NCBI GenBank assembly: GCA_051362555.1
Contig: CM120643.1
Span: forward strand, 5,704,001 to 5,768,000
Reading direction: 5' to 3'
Origin: Lingula anatina
Lineage: Eukaryota > Animalia > Brachiopoda
DNA: 64,000 nucleotides
A program made the position numbers and the translations under genes. Below, piece after piece: positions 25,218 to 40,338 of this stretch. Every line of letters starts with the position of its first letter. Within the stretch, counting starts at the first letter, position 1. Under the pieces are notes generated by a model, which saw nothing but the letters and a program-made list of their open reading frames with translations, was not told where the DNA came from and ran no database searches.

Positions 25218-28200
25218 TAGTCTATGGGCCAATGTAGACCCCCCTCCCCCCCCTTAGTGATTTTCGTTCACTATGTTTTTCTGATAGCTTAGGTCCTAAG
25301 CTTTGATTTTCCGCTTGTTTGCCATTAAACTGGTGGTGGGTGTGTGTGCTACAGCCGTTGCCATGGAAACGTCTGAGATAAAAAATTGAAATTTCTGAGA
25401 CCAAAAAAATATTAAATTATTCAAATGTGTTAAGTGAATGGAATTCAAAATCCTTTCAGATGTATAGTTTAAGAGCTGCACTATACTTTATGATCCTCAA
25501 AATATTCCAATATGGCTGTAAATTCAAGATGGCGACCAATTTTTGCTAATTTTTGAGTAATTTCAATTATTTTTTTATATTTGAGTCTTTATTCAATAAT
25601 AAAGGAATATGAATGTGGGATATGTTTTGATGCGCTGGAATAGCATACAGTCTCTACTTGCTACCTACAGTATTTATTTTAGATGAAACCTTTTAATTTT
25701 GTTGTAAAATCCTCAAATCCAAAATGGTGACCAAAATATAAGTCTGCTGTCCCAACTGGAAAGATGCCAGATTTCTCATCAAAGTGTCATTCTTTATTAC
25801 TTTTAATAAACTGAATTCGAGCTAAGGACTTTTTAAAACAATTTGCATTAATATTGATTACATTAAGACTTTCAAAATTCAAAATGGCCGCCAATATGCT
25901 TATACACACTGGCTAAAATTGATATAATATATTCTTCCAACAGAATATTGATTTTAATTATCTCCCACCAACTTAGTCCCATAAGTGATTTTTGTTTACT
26001 ATTATTTTCTGGTAGGTTAGGCCCTTAGCTTTTATTTTTTGCTTGTTTGCCATTAACCTGGTGGTGGGTGTGAGTAACAGAGCTGTTGCCATGGTAGTGT
26101 CTGGGGTTGAAAATTGATATTTTTGAGACCAAAAATAAAAATTAAATATTCCAAATGCATTACAAATCATGGAATTCACAATTATACCAGATGTGTAAAT
26201 TAATAAGTGTGCTATACTTCACAATCATCAAAATGTCCCAAGATGGCAGCAAATTCAAGATGGCTGCCAATTATTGCTTATTTTTTAATAATTTTGGGAA
26301 TTTTTTTATATTTGAGTTTTTATTTAATTATTAAGAAATTGCAATGTGGCATGTGTTTTGATGTTCCATTATGGTAAAAAGCCTCTGCTGTCTGCCTTAA
26401 GTGCTTGTTAAAGATGTAACCTTTTAATTTTGACGTAAAATCCTGAAATCCAAGGTGGCTGCCACAAAACATGTCTTTTACATACGGCTGTCCTAACTGG
26501 AAAGATGCCACATTAATCATCCCAAATTACATTCTTTATTACTTTTAGGTGTACTGAATATGGACCTAGGACCCTTTTCTATAAATTGTGTTAATTCAGA
26601 TTGCATTATGACTTTTGAAATTCAAAATGGCCGCCAATTTGCTTACACATGAAATGATATAATACATTATTCCAATACAAAATAAAATTTAATAAACTCA
26701 AGCTAGCTCAGCCCTATTAGGAATTTTTATTTACTATGATTTTCTGATAGCTTGGGCCCTAAGTTCAAATATTCTGCTTGTTTGCCATGTAATAGGTGAA
26801 AGGTGTGACAGATTCAGCTGTTACCATAGTAACACAGGGGTTTTAAAATTATATTTTCTGAGACCTTTAAATTGCCATGTATTTCAAATATATGAACTCG
26901 CTGTATTGTAAACTTTTTAGAAAAAAATTAGACTTGGACCTCAGTTATCAACAAAATTATTTGAAAAAATTTTCGTAGTTAAATTGCCAAAATGGCAGCC
27001 AATTCAAGATGACGATAGGTTTATGTTAATTTCCTTCTTATTACTGAAAGTAGCTTTTTGTAAACTTTGAAAGCAGCATTGGAATTGAAAAATGTTAGGT
27101 TTTTGGATATGCTGATATGAACAGCATTGCATAATTACTGTTTACAGTGATTGTTACTCCTATATCCTCTTTTTTAAGTGTAATAAAACCTAAAACCCAT
27201 GGTGGCCATCACAAAACAGGGTTCATACATATTGCTGTGCTGACCGAATATATATTACATTTTCATTTCAAAATGCCTCTTTTGCTCTTTCTGATAAACT
27301 GAATTAAACTATTAGGATATTACCTAAATATAAATCATTTCTATTCATTTTCAGCCAAATTATATTTACTTGGCTATTCCAAAATTCACCATGGCCACAA
27401 ATGGCCATGACAGTGCAGGTATGAATTTTGCTGCAATAATATTAAACAGTGCAACAAACAAATAATTCTAAAATTTGTGCAGTTAATTATAATCAAATAT
27501 GCCCTTTCTACACTTATACACTTACTATTACTATACGATCTTGGCTTCATATTATTCAAATTCAATACATCAAAAGGTAACAACAAATACAAAAGAATAA
27601 AAGAATAAATCCAGATAGAAAGAAGGCAATTTCGGAGAACAATATACAATATTAGAAGTTTAATAGGACAGCAATATATACACAATATACACCCAGGATT
27701 TGTTGGGGTCATTTTGAATTTCAAGTTTTTTTTGTTCTTAAAATGATAATTATAGGAATAACAAACACTATAAGCCGTAAGTAAAGACTAAATACCATAT
27801 GGATATCAAAATACTTTTTCAAAACATTTCTCGATCCCATTAAATTTATTAAATTTTCAACGTTAGTTACTTACAGTAGAAACAGGTTTAGAAATCAGCT
27901 TAAACCGGCTGCAATTTTGATATTATTGCCATCTTGAAAAAAATCACATCATCTTGAAAGTTCAAAGAATGTTTTGCCATCATACCACGAATACAGATGT
28001 CTTCTTAAGTTTACATTATTGTTGAAGTTAATATATTTGAAATGTATGAAATTTTCTTAGTCTCAGAAATGTCAATTTCGAACCCCTGTGTTAGTATGGC
28101 AATGGCTGGGTTAATTGAATAGAAAACAAGCCGAAAATGGGATCTTAGGATGTAAGCGATATATAATAGTAAATAAAAGTCGCTAAAGGGGGATTCAGGT

Positions 28201-29330
28201 TAATAAAATCAATCTAAGTAACAATCTTTTGAAATATAATTTTCAATTAATTTTTTAGCAAGAGTGTATCATATTGACCATAAATATATAGTCCCCTATA
28301 CTCATTGACAGCCATTTCTTTCAAATGCGACAGAATACATTAGTATTTCAACTCAAAAGTTTTCTTTTCCATGTCAAATGTGAGTGATTAGCATGTACAT
28401 GAAACTTTGTGTGATTTCTTAGGTCAAATATGAGTGACTTGCATTTATTGGGGGGTATTATAGGTCTTTTATCTAGTCTAGGTTATTGTTGACCATTTGA
28501 TCTTTCTTTTTTTAATCATTTTACATGACCACACATCTAGTAGTGATCAGCACTGTTAAAACATAAGTATTCATTCAATTTTAAGATAAAATTAGGAATA
28601 TTGCTGTCATATTTTAGTCTACTGGTTACAAAGATGTAAATTCACGGTCATTGGCGGCCATTTTGAGTTTTGAAAGCCATACTGTAATCCAAATTAAGTC
28701 AAGTAATTGAAAAGGGTTCTGTTTTTATATTCAGTGCACCAAAAGTAATGAAGAACTTAATTTGGGATGATAAATCTGTCATATTTCCAGACAGGACAGC
28801 TACATGTAAAAGACTTGTTTTGTGGCAGCCATGTTGGATTTCAGGATTTTTCATCTCAATAAAAAGATTGCACCTTGAACAAACACTACAAACAGAAAGT
28901 AGAGATTCCATGCTACACTGGTGCATCAAAATATCCCAGATATTGCAATTCTTTAATATATGAATTAAAAAATTAAAACTTATCAAAATTTCTGAAAAAA
29001 CAGCAAAAATTGGCCGCCATCTTGGATTTGCCGCCATCTTGGAAAATTTTGTTCATCGTTAGGTATAGTGCACATCTTAGACTACATGTCTAGAATGATT
29101 TTGAATTCTATTTAGTTTATGTATTTGAAATATTTTAGATTTTGTTGGGCTCAGAAATGTCAATTTTTAACCCGTGTGTTACCATGGCAACGGCTGTAGC
29201 ACACACACCCACCACCAGTTTAATGGCAAACAAGCAGAAAATAAAAGCTAAGGACCTAAGCTATCAGAAAAACATAGTGAACGAAAATCACTAAGGGGGG
29301 GGAGGGTTTCGGTATTTGGCCCACGGACTA
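25218..29330. mobile_element. Non-autonomous DNA transposon with long TIRs, Academ-like
   Basis: Termini are TAGTCTATGGGCCAA...TTGGCCCACGGACTA, flanked by ATA/ATA. Inverted similarity extends ~670 bp (25218-25895 vs 28650-29330). The left arm is internally repeated at ~25975 and ~26715. There is no transposase ORF. TAG..CTA ends with a 3-bp TSD fit Academ. Confidence 0.8.
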
Positions 29331-30881
29331 ATAACGCCATACTATAATCAAAATTCTTCTCCCCCCCCCCCCCCAATACGCCCCCTTTCTGCTGATACCA
29401 TACAAACTCGGCGTGTGTTAAGTGTGAAAGCTATAAGGTAGATCAAGTTCATGGATAGGATATGCCATGTAAGGGGAGATAGGTTATGTCCTTTTGCGTT
29501 TCTTTATTTTGTCGATTTTGAGAAGAAATATCACTGTCTTGTATTACACTTAGTCAATATAAATTTTAAAAAGGTCAATTTCCCTTCCTCTGTCACGTAA
29601 TTCGAAAGATGTAATTAACTACAACTAATTCCTAGAAAACCTTTACCCCCTTGTGTAAATGCAATGTGCCGTCTGCAGAGCTCGGCGTCAGCTACCACGC
29701 TGGATGCTTCGCGCTTGGCGGGAGCTGAACAGTTAACGCGGTCTGAAAAATTTTAGGGAGAGTCAGATGAAATACAGAGGAAACGTGGCATATATATAAA
29801 GTTCTACATGGTAAAGCTGGAGATGTAGCCTAGTTTTACTTTTTTCTTTGAAACTTTGCAATTTACTCTGCCTTTCAGTAGTCCCATGCAACCAAAATGT
29901 TTTGCTGGTATAATGATATATCTCCCACTTCTGTCTCCCCTCTAAAACGGTCCACACAAAAAAAATCAATAATCGTATGGCAATTTTATACAGGCAATTG
30001 ACCTACTTTTATAACCATGCAGCTATCAACGAGTTTTATGGCTGCGGAGTGAAGACGTGATACACGTCTGTGATATAAAAAAATATTACTAATTACACAA
30101 TTTACAATCAGTGCATATGATTCAAAAGTGTCCCGATTTGTGAGCTTAAGGGGACATTACTTTTTGAAAGTAATGAAAAATTGGAAACAAGCCAAAATCA
30201 GAAAAAAATGCATTTTTTCTCTTATATGCAAATTAGGTTCCTTGAAGTAATATATGACTGGCCGGAAGTGATGTTCATATCAGATATTTGTAATGATGAT
30301 GATCTTAATGATAATTAATGATGCTTAAAAAAATCTTATTAAAGTTTTCAGTTGTCATCTGGTGGGAAAGAAATTTTCTGCACTAACACAATCATTCCAC
30401 AAGTGAAACATAGATAGTAAACGCGCCGCAGAGATGCACTGCATACGTCCCAGCTTTTGGGTGAAAATCGCACGCCGAAGATAATAGGCTATAATTATTA
30501 TGTAAAAATATGCGTGTCTAAGGCTTCCATTAAAATTTTGACTGCATTTCTATTCATCTGGTTCGACAAAGGTGACTTTTACAGGGATATTTTCTTTCTC
30601 TTTTTTAAAGCGAAAACTAGGCATAAAAGTCAAAATATTCAGAAGTAAAAAGATTTCAAAGTTTAAAATCTTCTTGGTCACTCGTGGTAGTTCACGGGGA
30701 AACTTTAAGACATCTTACAATTGTATAAATTGATAATCATACGATTACGCGCTTCTTAATTATGTTCGTGATACACAAGTAAATTACGCTCAAACTTAAA
30801 ACCGCCTTGACTTGTGTCAAAATTACATTTTACATTAGACAATTAAATTTTTGGGTTGTGTCAAATTGTGTTTTTTTTTTC

Positions 30882-30918
<37 letters not shown>

Positions 30919-33900
30919 TCTTCTCTTACTGTTTAAGTGCGGAAAATAGGCCTGTTTGTTGTAAATAAACTCAAGTTTAATATAAGCAACAAGTAAAGTC
31001 TTGAGTCGTTATTCTCACAACATTTGGATTTTTTACCTACTTAATTTTTTAAACAAAGTCAAGTTATTGCGTTGTCTATGATCAAACTAACAAACATCAT
31101 ATTCCATACATAAATATACTTTATAAACCTGTCTGCAGCTGCCACTACTTAAATTTCTCATGTCTAGGAAACTCGCTGATGTACAGAATATGTGTACTTA
31201 TTTAAATACAGGTGTATATGTGCTTGTCTAGATACAGGTAATCTACATGTAGAGGAAGAAGAAAACCTTTTCGATATTTCGGCTACACGTAAGACCTGAC
31301 GAAACATCCCTTGATGTCTTTTATTTTATTCTGTCTACGTGTACTTTGTGATAGCCCTGTAAAAATGTAAGCATGCTTTAATTATGAATTTTCGGGGGGA
31401 AAAAAACTAGTAGAATACTACGCAAAAATAAGTTAACACAAAAAGAAACAAATAAATATGATTGATATATCACTCCAAAGCTTTTGCTGTTTCTTTGGAC
31501 AGGATTTGATACGAGGCGGTATATCTATACTACACTGAAGGCATCCGTAACTGTTTTTTGTATCGAAATACTCTAGATGCAGCAGAATCATCATATCAAA
31601 AACACCAAAAAAGTGATAACTCATATCCACCGGAGTAGTGTATTTTTATTTTATTTCTGTTATTAGGTTACATATTTAATTCTCTTGGCTAGATTACATT
31701 AGCGTACTGTGCGATGAAATCGTAAACGATTTTTCGTGCGTTTTTTTTAAATTTTGTTTTGCATCGTAAGTGGCTACGGGCTACGGCGAATACGTTTACA
31801 TTACAAAATCAATACTGAAAAGACGTAAAGCGGTTATATTGACGTAGATAAAGATATTAAATCCTAACTTGAGCTTTAACTAAAGCGTTTACGTAACAGA
31901 CAAGAGGCTAAACTGAACAGATGAACAGGTCCAATAGTGCTGTATCATCCTCACTTCTACAATAAAACACCAACACTAAAAGTAATACTAAAAGATACCG
32001 AAATTTCTGCTCATTGTTGTCTTTTCCCCGTCATTCGTTTTAGTCTAAATCATCATTTTGTGCATTGTCTTCAAATATTCATGAAGCCCAGATTTTGGGA
32101 GAGGGGCAACTGCCACAATGAAGCCCACGTAATCCTCTAGCTAATGTCATTTACAAGCACACTTACCACATCGTAACCTTGATAACAATATAAGCTCTTT
32201 CTGTAAAATAGCAAAATTTCTGTCCACATTCAAATGATTTTGTAAGAATGAAAACATCAACTGAATAACATGGCTATAAACCAATGTTATGAGATATGGT
32301 AAGTTTAACCTGAAGCTAGGGGATGAACAAGGACAGTGAGAAGTCGTTCTCTGTAATGGGTTCCTGACCACTTCTCTAGGTCCAACCTTATCAGTAAAAT
32401 ACGTCACGGGGTGTTCCATGCCAAGTAAGTGTCTCGTCTGTCAAGCTGCAGGCAAATATGACATCATTGCAAACATTGAATCGCCGAGTAGGAGAAGGGG
32501 TTGGGGGCAACGAAAAAATTACTCACTTGAAGTTGGTCATCGACTGACTGGGGTCTCGGTCCTCGATGCAATATATCAAGAACTTTTTTATAAATATGTA
32601 AAGTGGTAAAAAAATGAACAGGGTCCATCATCCTCTTCTCCGCTAAGAACTGACGTGGCTGAAAATGTAAGGGCGGGGTGGGGGGAGGAATAAACTCCTA
32701 TTCCCCCCACCCGCCCCTGCAAATATTTTTCTCAGCCTACTGTCCTTATCATATAGAAATAAAGAAATACAGTGTTAGATATGTGTGATGGAAATGGAAA
32801 TGACTTTTATTTTATTTATTTATTTATTTATTTATTTATTAGTTTTGGAAACTTTTAAGGTCAGACTGAAAGAGTGCTTTCTTATGCCAGAATGATAACT
32901 TACAGAATATCTCTAAACCGAAATCAAAAGAATGGAGATACTCATAATAAACGCGTCTGCTTTCTCTGAATTTCGTTATTTGCATCACAGGCTGATGATT
33001 AAAAAAATGTAGACATGAAGACATTTATCGCGAAAATAAATTTGTGTTGTACTAATATGCGAATATAGAGTAGAAACTGAGTATGTCTTTTTACTGGAAG
33101 CAACTACACTGGGTTTATTTCACAACTCAAATTTTCAGTCAATGCAGAAAAGGAAATGACAGAGCAAGTCAAAGCTGAAATGACACACCAAAACGAAACA
33201 ATTGAATATTGTCACAGAAAAGCAAAGTGCGTATAAAAACGGCCAATAAATTATCTTTAAAGTGGTTTTTAATACTTCTAATTATTATCTATTTTGACCT
33301 GGGATTTAACGTATGTATTACTGCAAACTTAATTCATTATCGTGTATTTATTTTACTATTTTATCTATTTTACCTCTTGTGGGTAATTATCCTGTGCCTT
33401 ATTCCCTTATTCTTTCTTACGGGTCAACACACACCATGCCATAGAGTTGATGTGTACATGTAACTGAAGGATAGCCTTTGGAGTCTACAATACAAAGTAA
33501 AATGTGTCCCTCAGCAAGGTGGGACTACAGAGCTATATTGGCGCAGAACAGATTTGCAATTTCTTTTGGATTTCAAATTCTATCCTTTGCTCTCAGTCTT
33601 CTAAACATCTTAACTGCCGACAATCTCCAACCCCGAGAGTAGCTTGGACTTATTTTTTAAACATAACTAAAAAAACTGCCTGCTAGTATAGAAATGTAAG
33701 ACCGAGACTTTAACTTAAACACGGGCACCCAAAACTGTAAAGACTATATATTTTGTACACATGTCTATACACTGTATTTGCTCATTAATGACGTCCAGAG
33801 GTTGGCGCGGTAAACAAATATCTACACTGCTTCATTTAAAAATAACGACACTGACTGTATTTCTAACTTTAAAGTCAAACAAGAAAAGTTGGAGTAATCG

Positions 33901-34837
33901 CTTAAGTTTTTCTATAAACAGTACCCAATGCCCGTCAATATTCAGACCTGTATAAGGCTTTCACTTTAAGATAATGATAAATGAATTAAGATAATGATGG
34001 AATATGATAAGCTTTATTTATTTTTGTGTAAAGCTATCTTTTGGAAGAACGGAAGTCTTCAAATTGTCATATTTAATGTAAAAGTTTCATATCGATAGCT
34101 GAATGTAAATAAACGTTATTTTGGTTCTAAATCTCCGCTGTAATCATATCCAGTTCGAAAACACCCCTCTCATGTGGGAAGTGGGTGTGACGCTTATTTC
34201 CCTTTATAACCAAAACCAAATTCTCCAAGTAGAGCGACCCATCGTGGCATATTTAACCTCGGCCTCGGGCTGATCACTTGGCATGTTGAATTCCACGAGA
34301 ATTTCAGGGGAGAGGTTCTTGGTGGTCGTGTACGCTTCTAACTCGACCAACTCCACAAAGTCTCACCACAGCGTTACACTAACGAAGGGAAATAATGTAA
34401 TTTAAAATCTGGCAGAACTAAATTATATAAAACATGTTTTTTGAAACAAGCAAGCAAATAAACGAAAAATAAAAAATCTAACTTACTATATAAATATATA
34501 AATAATACATGTAAATATGTAAATAAAAAAGATGAAAGAAAGAAAAGAACAGAAAAAAATGAAAAGAAAAATGCTGCAAATGGGGTGAAAATGATTTCCT
34601 ACCTGCAGTTTCACTAAAGTCAATTATTATAAACGGAATGTGACTTAAATATGATGGACACATTAAGTTTTTAGTTTCTTATATATTGTATACCTTTAAT
34701 CACTCAACTAGCTGACGCCGGAATAGTTCTTTTACCTCCTCTCACCTATATTTTAATTTACTTATTTAAATAATCCTGTAGACAGTCCATTCTCTACGGT
34801 GTATTCATTGTTCGACAGCTATACTTGATCACCAGTA

Positions 34838-35142
34838 TGATGATTGACGTTTGTTTATATAACTGCCAATCAAGCCACCCACTTCTGATAGCTTTGATTG
34901 GCACCTCTCAATCACAGGAAGTAAAAGCTCCTTTGCAGGATGATTGTGATTGACGTTTGTTTAATTAACCGTCAATCAAGCTGTCAAATTTGACAGCTTT
35001 GATTGACACCTATCAATCACAGGAAATAAAAGTTCTTTGGCGGTATGGATGTGATTGACATATGTTTATTTTACCGACAATCAAACTGTCAAATTTGACA
35101 GCTTTGATTGATATCTATCAATCGCGAGATGTAAGAGTTCTT
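34838..35142. repeat. Three diverged ~106-bp tandem units with internal palindromes
   Basis: GATTGAC(G/A)T units start near 34842, 34948 and 35053. Copy 2 contains GTCAATCAAGCTGTCAAATTTGACAGCTTTGATTGAC (34971-35007). Confidence 0.85.
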
Positions 35143-35786
35143 TCATTCTACAAAGAAATTGTAGGAGCCGTCCGCACTGGACAGATTCCCCCAGGACTGG
35201 AATTTTTAAGGCAAGAAAATAATAAAGCTTGATGAAAGTATTGATCAAATAGGCCCATGATCATTAATATAAAGCGTGTTATTATATATAGTAAAATTTT
35301 ACAAGGAATTAGCTTCTTAGAAAGAGATAGCTTCTCGATCCTGGACAACGTCTCGACGTGAATTCCCAGAGAAAAAAACATACATCGCCTGCAGGGGCCT
35401 CAAGTACGGTTACCACTGTTACATGGTTCTCTTTTTTCAAATAAATTAAATTCATGACATTTGGAAACTTTTAAAATAACTGAATTCAGTATAAAAAGTT
35501 CTGAGTATTTAGAAAATGTATTATGATACTCCGGAGAAATTATAAGAAAAATGATCATATCAGCGCCCTCTATCATTTATCACTGTCTTCACGAGCACAA
35601 TATGATGAAATTCATGGACAACTTCACAATCATGTTGAGATAGACTCTGAGGTCAAATACTGTAGCATTAACACCATTGTAACTCAACTTCCTCTATTTT
35701 CCCGGACCATTACATACCTGTCAACATTGACAATTGCCAGAGAGGAAGATTCCCGTGCACGACCTACGTCCCCAACTCCGACGCAC

Positions 35787-35822
<36 letters not shown>

Positions 35823-38800
35823 CTATTTTTTATGCTTTGCAAAGTAACGCCTCGGTTAGAAATGTGTTGTTAGCAGTTTGCTATAGTAGAATAGTTTAAC
35901 TACACAAAATGATGAAGAAAAATCAAATCTGCAATTAAGAACTTTATTATATTCCAATTCAAGTCATTCAATGTTTCAAGAGGTTCATCAGATTGGTCAT
36001 ACTAACAGCCTGTTTTAATCAATAATTAAATCAAGTCAATTTTTTAGCTCCGTTTCAGTCTCCGTTATGTTGCTTTCATCGGGGATTCAGCTTATTGCAC
36101 ACCTCAGGTAGAGGCGACACTCACGTCCTTAGCCCAACTTTCTATGTTACTGGAACATTTTTGAAATATTGTTGAGATTTCTTTATGAAGTCTCAAATAT
36201 CTCACTTCGAAAAAAAATTCATTTTTTCTTAATTTAAAAAGCAAATTATCATTCTGTCCTTCAAACCGCAATCTGTACAACTCTCTTTTTTAGCCCATTA
36301 CCTATGGGGACAGTTCGGCAAAAGCACTAAATCCCATTCATTAGCATTTCTTATGTTTTCTGAAGTATTCTGGATAATTGCACAAATAGGCCCTAATACA
36401 TAAATGAAAATGTGCAACATTTCGTGCAAGTTGGCAAACATACTTAATGTGATAATCGCCGACAGTTTGTGTAGTTCAAAAATAGCAAAATTTGACTTCA
36501 CGTAAATTCTGTCGACACTGCGTAGAGATTTTACGTCGTTTTTTCACGCGCCATTACGTTGCTTGTGTGTAAAAACGCTAATTTCAATGAAAAATGCCTA
36601 TAATTTCTATTTTAATCTTTTAAAATTTCAATTTCAAGACATGACAGACAAGTATGTAAGCTTCAATTTTATTCATTGGGACAACATTTCAGAGGAAGAA
36701 TTTGATAGAGTAAATTATAACGCCACGATGATTTTCTCGCATAACGTCAGCATAACATTTGCTGGAACTTATTTTGATTTTAGTTCATTTCGTAGAGTTG
36801 ACGATTTGCCAGTTTATTTTCGAGTGCTGCGTTTTTAGTAATGGCGCTCTTTCTCATTAGACGTCATCTTGGAATTCGAAGTCCATCTTTGTGAATTACT
36901 ATAGTTGAAACATAGGGTAGGCCTAGTTACATAAGTAGAAAAAATAAATCTGAACAGGTTTTTTTAGAGGCAAAAGTTGTAAAAGTTTGTATAACCTGGT
37001 GTGTTAAAGTTAAAGGACACTGGTAAACACCCGAACGCACTCAAAACTCAATTTCCCAAACCTTTTATAGGTTACCATCATCCATACCCTCCCCCCATCA
37101 TTTTTGTGCCGTTTTTTTTTTCAACATATTTCCTTTTAATCCAACTTTCTCTATTGAATTGTTCGTCGACATCTAATTTAAACTAAAATATCATATTGTC
37201 ATTTTCAATAGCTGACTAGGTAATTTCTTTATGAACTTTTTATCCCCCCTCCCCGCCTCGCGTTATGTCTTCACTAACACAATGAGGTGATATTTTGTGG
37301 AATCCGTCACAATCATGGTTGAGACAGCATCAGAATCAAAACACTGCAGTCTCTATCGTAAGGTCTATTTGGTCAAACATAGCAAAAACTGCTCAGATAT
37401 TCAAATCAGTGGACCTTATTGAGTCATATCAAGAAAGCCAGTGACCCACATAATGTCGTTTCAATTTGGGATTGAAAAGGATCTGAAGTTAATTTTCGTC
37501 TGGCAATTTTTAAAATATACTGAACACAAACGTCGTGCAATGCATTTTTAATGTTGTAAAGTACAAATGAAGTTCCATCCGTAAAATATTGGTGAGAGTT
37601 AAAAAGGAAAGGCGGCCACTTCAACCTGCCACCTCCCCTACCATGAATGTAATGGGATGGACAGCCTGGAAGGAGACGTCACTGCCTCAGTGCTGAGTGA
37701 TCAGGAAGTGGAGCGAAGGCGGCTTAGATATTAAGTATACGAATATCGTAATTTCAGCCATATTAATATAACGTTTTAAGAAATCAGTGTTAGGTATTTG
37801 GTGATAAGTTAATTGTGATTTATTTTTGAAAAATGTTCTGACACCCGGTCGCTTTAAAGTGGTCTTGAACATTTCCCAACATTTTCCCCACGTACAATTT
37901 ATTTCCTCCTTCACTTCATCTCATCAAGTCTCATAAAACAAAGATGCAGTTGCACTTCATGTTAAGTATTTTGAACTTTGTCGGTAGAAATAGTAGTGGC
38001 AGTGGAAGTTTACTGTGAGAAATGACCAAGGAGGGGAAAATGCTGTGAAATGTCTTGTGAGAGTCTGGCAATTGACATATTGATATTTAGTGAGCGGTTG
38101 GTAGTGAAATTATAGAATATGTCATAGGTATAGTAACAAACATCCATTCCCTAAGTAAAGAACATAATTCAAGTATTAAGGGGATATAGTAATACACTTC
38201 CATTTCGAATATTGGCAAGATTCGTAAATTAAGATTTAACATTTCATTTCAATAAAATGTGTGAGCTAAATTGTAGTCGTATTGATTTCTGCGTGACATG
38301 TTATAAGATCAACCATTCAATACATAGGGGGCGAACTGATGACCCGAAATGCTGTTCTGAACGGATTTGAAAACGCTTTGTCCACAGGAATCTTTTTTGT
38401 TTTTTTTATCAATATAGCATCAGGAATTTGAGGTGATTTGCTAATTATATGTAACATATTTAAAACGTAATGATATATCAGAAAACATGGTCATCAGTTG
38501 AAAAATTGCTTTATTGTATTGAAGTAATAATAATAATAATAATAATATAATATAATTTTATTTTAAGTATGTTGTATACAATCGTAGTGTTAAGTTTGTC
38601 ACACGTGACATTTGTGAAATGGTACTATTTGTGGTATTCTTCAGCAAGACAGCAGGGGGTGACTTTCTAGTTTGGATGAGAATAAAGTACGCTAAAATAC
38701 ACAAATTTTATGTAATATTCAGCAATTTCATCTAAATCACCAATGAACACATTATCAAATCCATTTATAAATTCTACAAGTCCGGTGTCGAACTCTTAAT

Positions 38801-39359
38801 TTCTGTTTTTAGTAAACTTCAGTCTCATTCTCTAAATGTACTGAAATAAAAAATGAGACGACTTACGCTCATTGTGTGTCTTTCTTTCAATGTTCAGAAG
38901 GAAAAAAAGGATTATCGTCTCTTGAAATTTGAGTATTTGCTGTCTTGTTGAGTAAGAGATGCCATTTTACGAATCAAGATCGATTATTTTATTTCTCAGG
39001 TGAAGTATGTAGAATTAAGAAATTTCGTTTCTATTTGAGAAAAATCCTTCTTGAAAAGCTGATTTCGTACATGTAAATACCATTCATATGATGGAAAAGA
39101 CACTATTTTCGTGTTTTACTTATCTCTGAACGTAGTTCTTACAATGTAAAATATGTACAAGTTTTATCCTGAAATATATGTTTTCTGCCATTAATCTGTT
39201 GAACAAATACATTTATGGGAATGAAAATTGCTTTATTTTCCAAATTTAACTGTTTTCGGCAATTCTGTCTTAACAGCATCATTCTATCGACCAGATGATG
39301 CAGAAATTATTGATGTACATTCGAATTTATTCGAATTTATGTTCAGAAGGTTTTTTTTC

Positions 39360-39520
39360 GAATTGAAAATAGATGTAGGAAATATGAGAAAAATCGTTAT
39401 CTGTCCCTTGGATTTTAAGCATGATTTCATGTAAATGTAGTTTGTTTTCTAATTGAAAATGGATGTAGTAGACTATAGGAAATATGAGAAATATCGTGAT
39501 CTGCCCATTGGATTTTAGCC
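39360..39520. repeat. Short direct duplication (~60-70 bp, two copies)
   Basis: AATTGAAAAT-GATGTAG...TAGGAAATATGAGAAA-ATCGT-ATCTG-CC-TTGGATTTTA occurs at ~39361 and ~39451. Confidence 0.7.
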
Positions 39521-40338
39521 CAAATTTCATAAGTGAACATGTAGTTTGTTCTCTAAGTAGTTTTTGCAAGGAATTTTTTTTTATTTCATATTCACTTTAC
39601 TATCTAATGTTCATTAGTCTTTCCAGTTTGTCAATAGCTGTTAGTATAAACGTTGTATATATATATATATTTATATATATATATTTTATGTAGGACTTTT
39701 GACACTTTTTTTGCCAAACATAACGAAAGTGCGTATCCGTTTTTTGCTCCCAACAATAAGTGTTTGACTGAAAAAAGCGTGCAATTTTAAACAGAGCATT
39801 TAATAAAAATCTCATAATTGTCATTATTATATAGAAAAAAAAACAATGGCGGATCCAGGACATTTTAAAGGGGTCAGATGTTGACATTTGGAGCGAGATG
39901 GAGTATTTTGAGGACTTGATCATGTGAGTCCAGAATGGGTCTCTCTCCTCGGGGAGGGCGGAGACTAGATCCACCTTTTTTGTTTTATTTTATTTTTTTT
40001 TTTATTGAAGAAGTTGAAATATTTTGTTTTTGTCGTTAAGAACAAACATAAGACCATTAGTGTGGTAAATAGTTTATTTGTCAAGTCGAATATATAAGAA
40101 TGTTATATTTTTTACACCTGCAAGTGAATTTAAATGCAGGCATCATAATATTATACTATAATATCATAATATTCTTTTAGATACTAAACGCTTTTTAACT
40201 TGTAGTAATAAAAAGACTGAAGACGATGATATTTTACAGGTATATGTTTTATAAATATTTGAATACATAAAAGCAATTTGTATTGCTCTTAATAAAACGC
40301 TTATTGAATATACAAAATGTCTTAGTGTTTTTACTGAT

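Noticed and set aside
32147-32609. ORFs in a GC-richer patch
   Set aside because: No recognisable domain or coherent exon boundaries.
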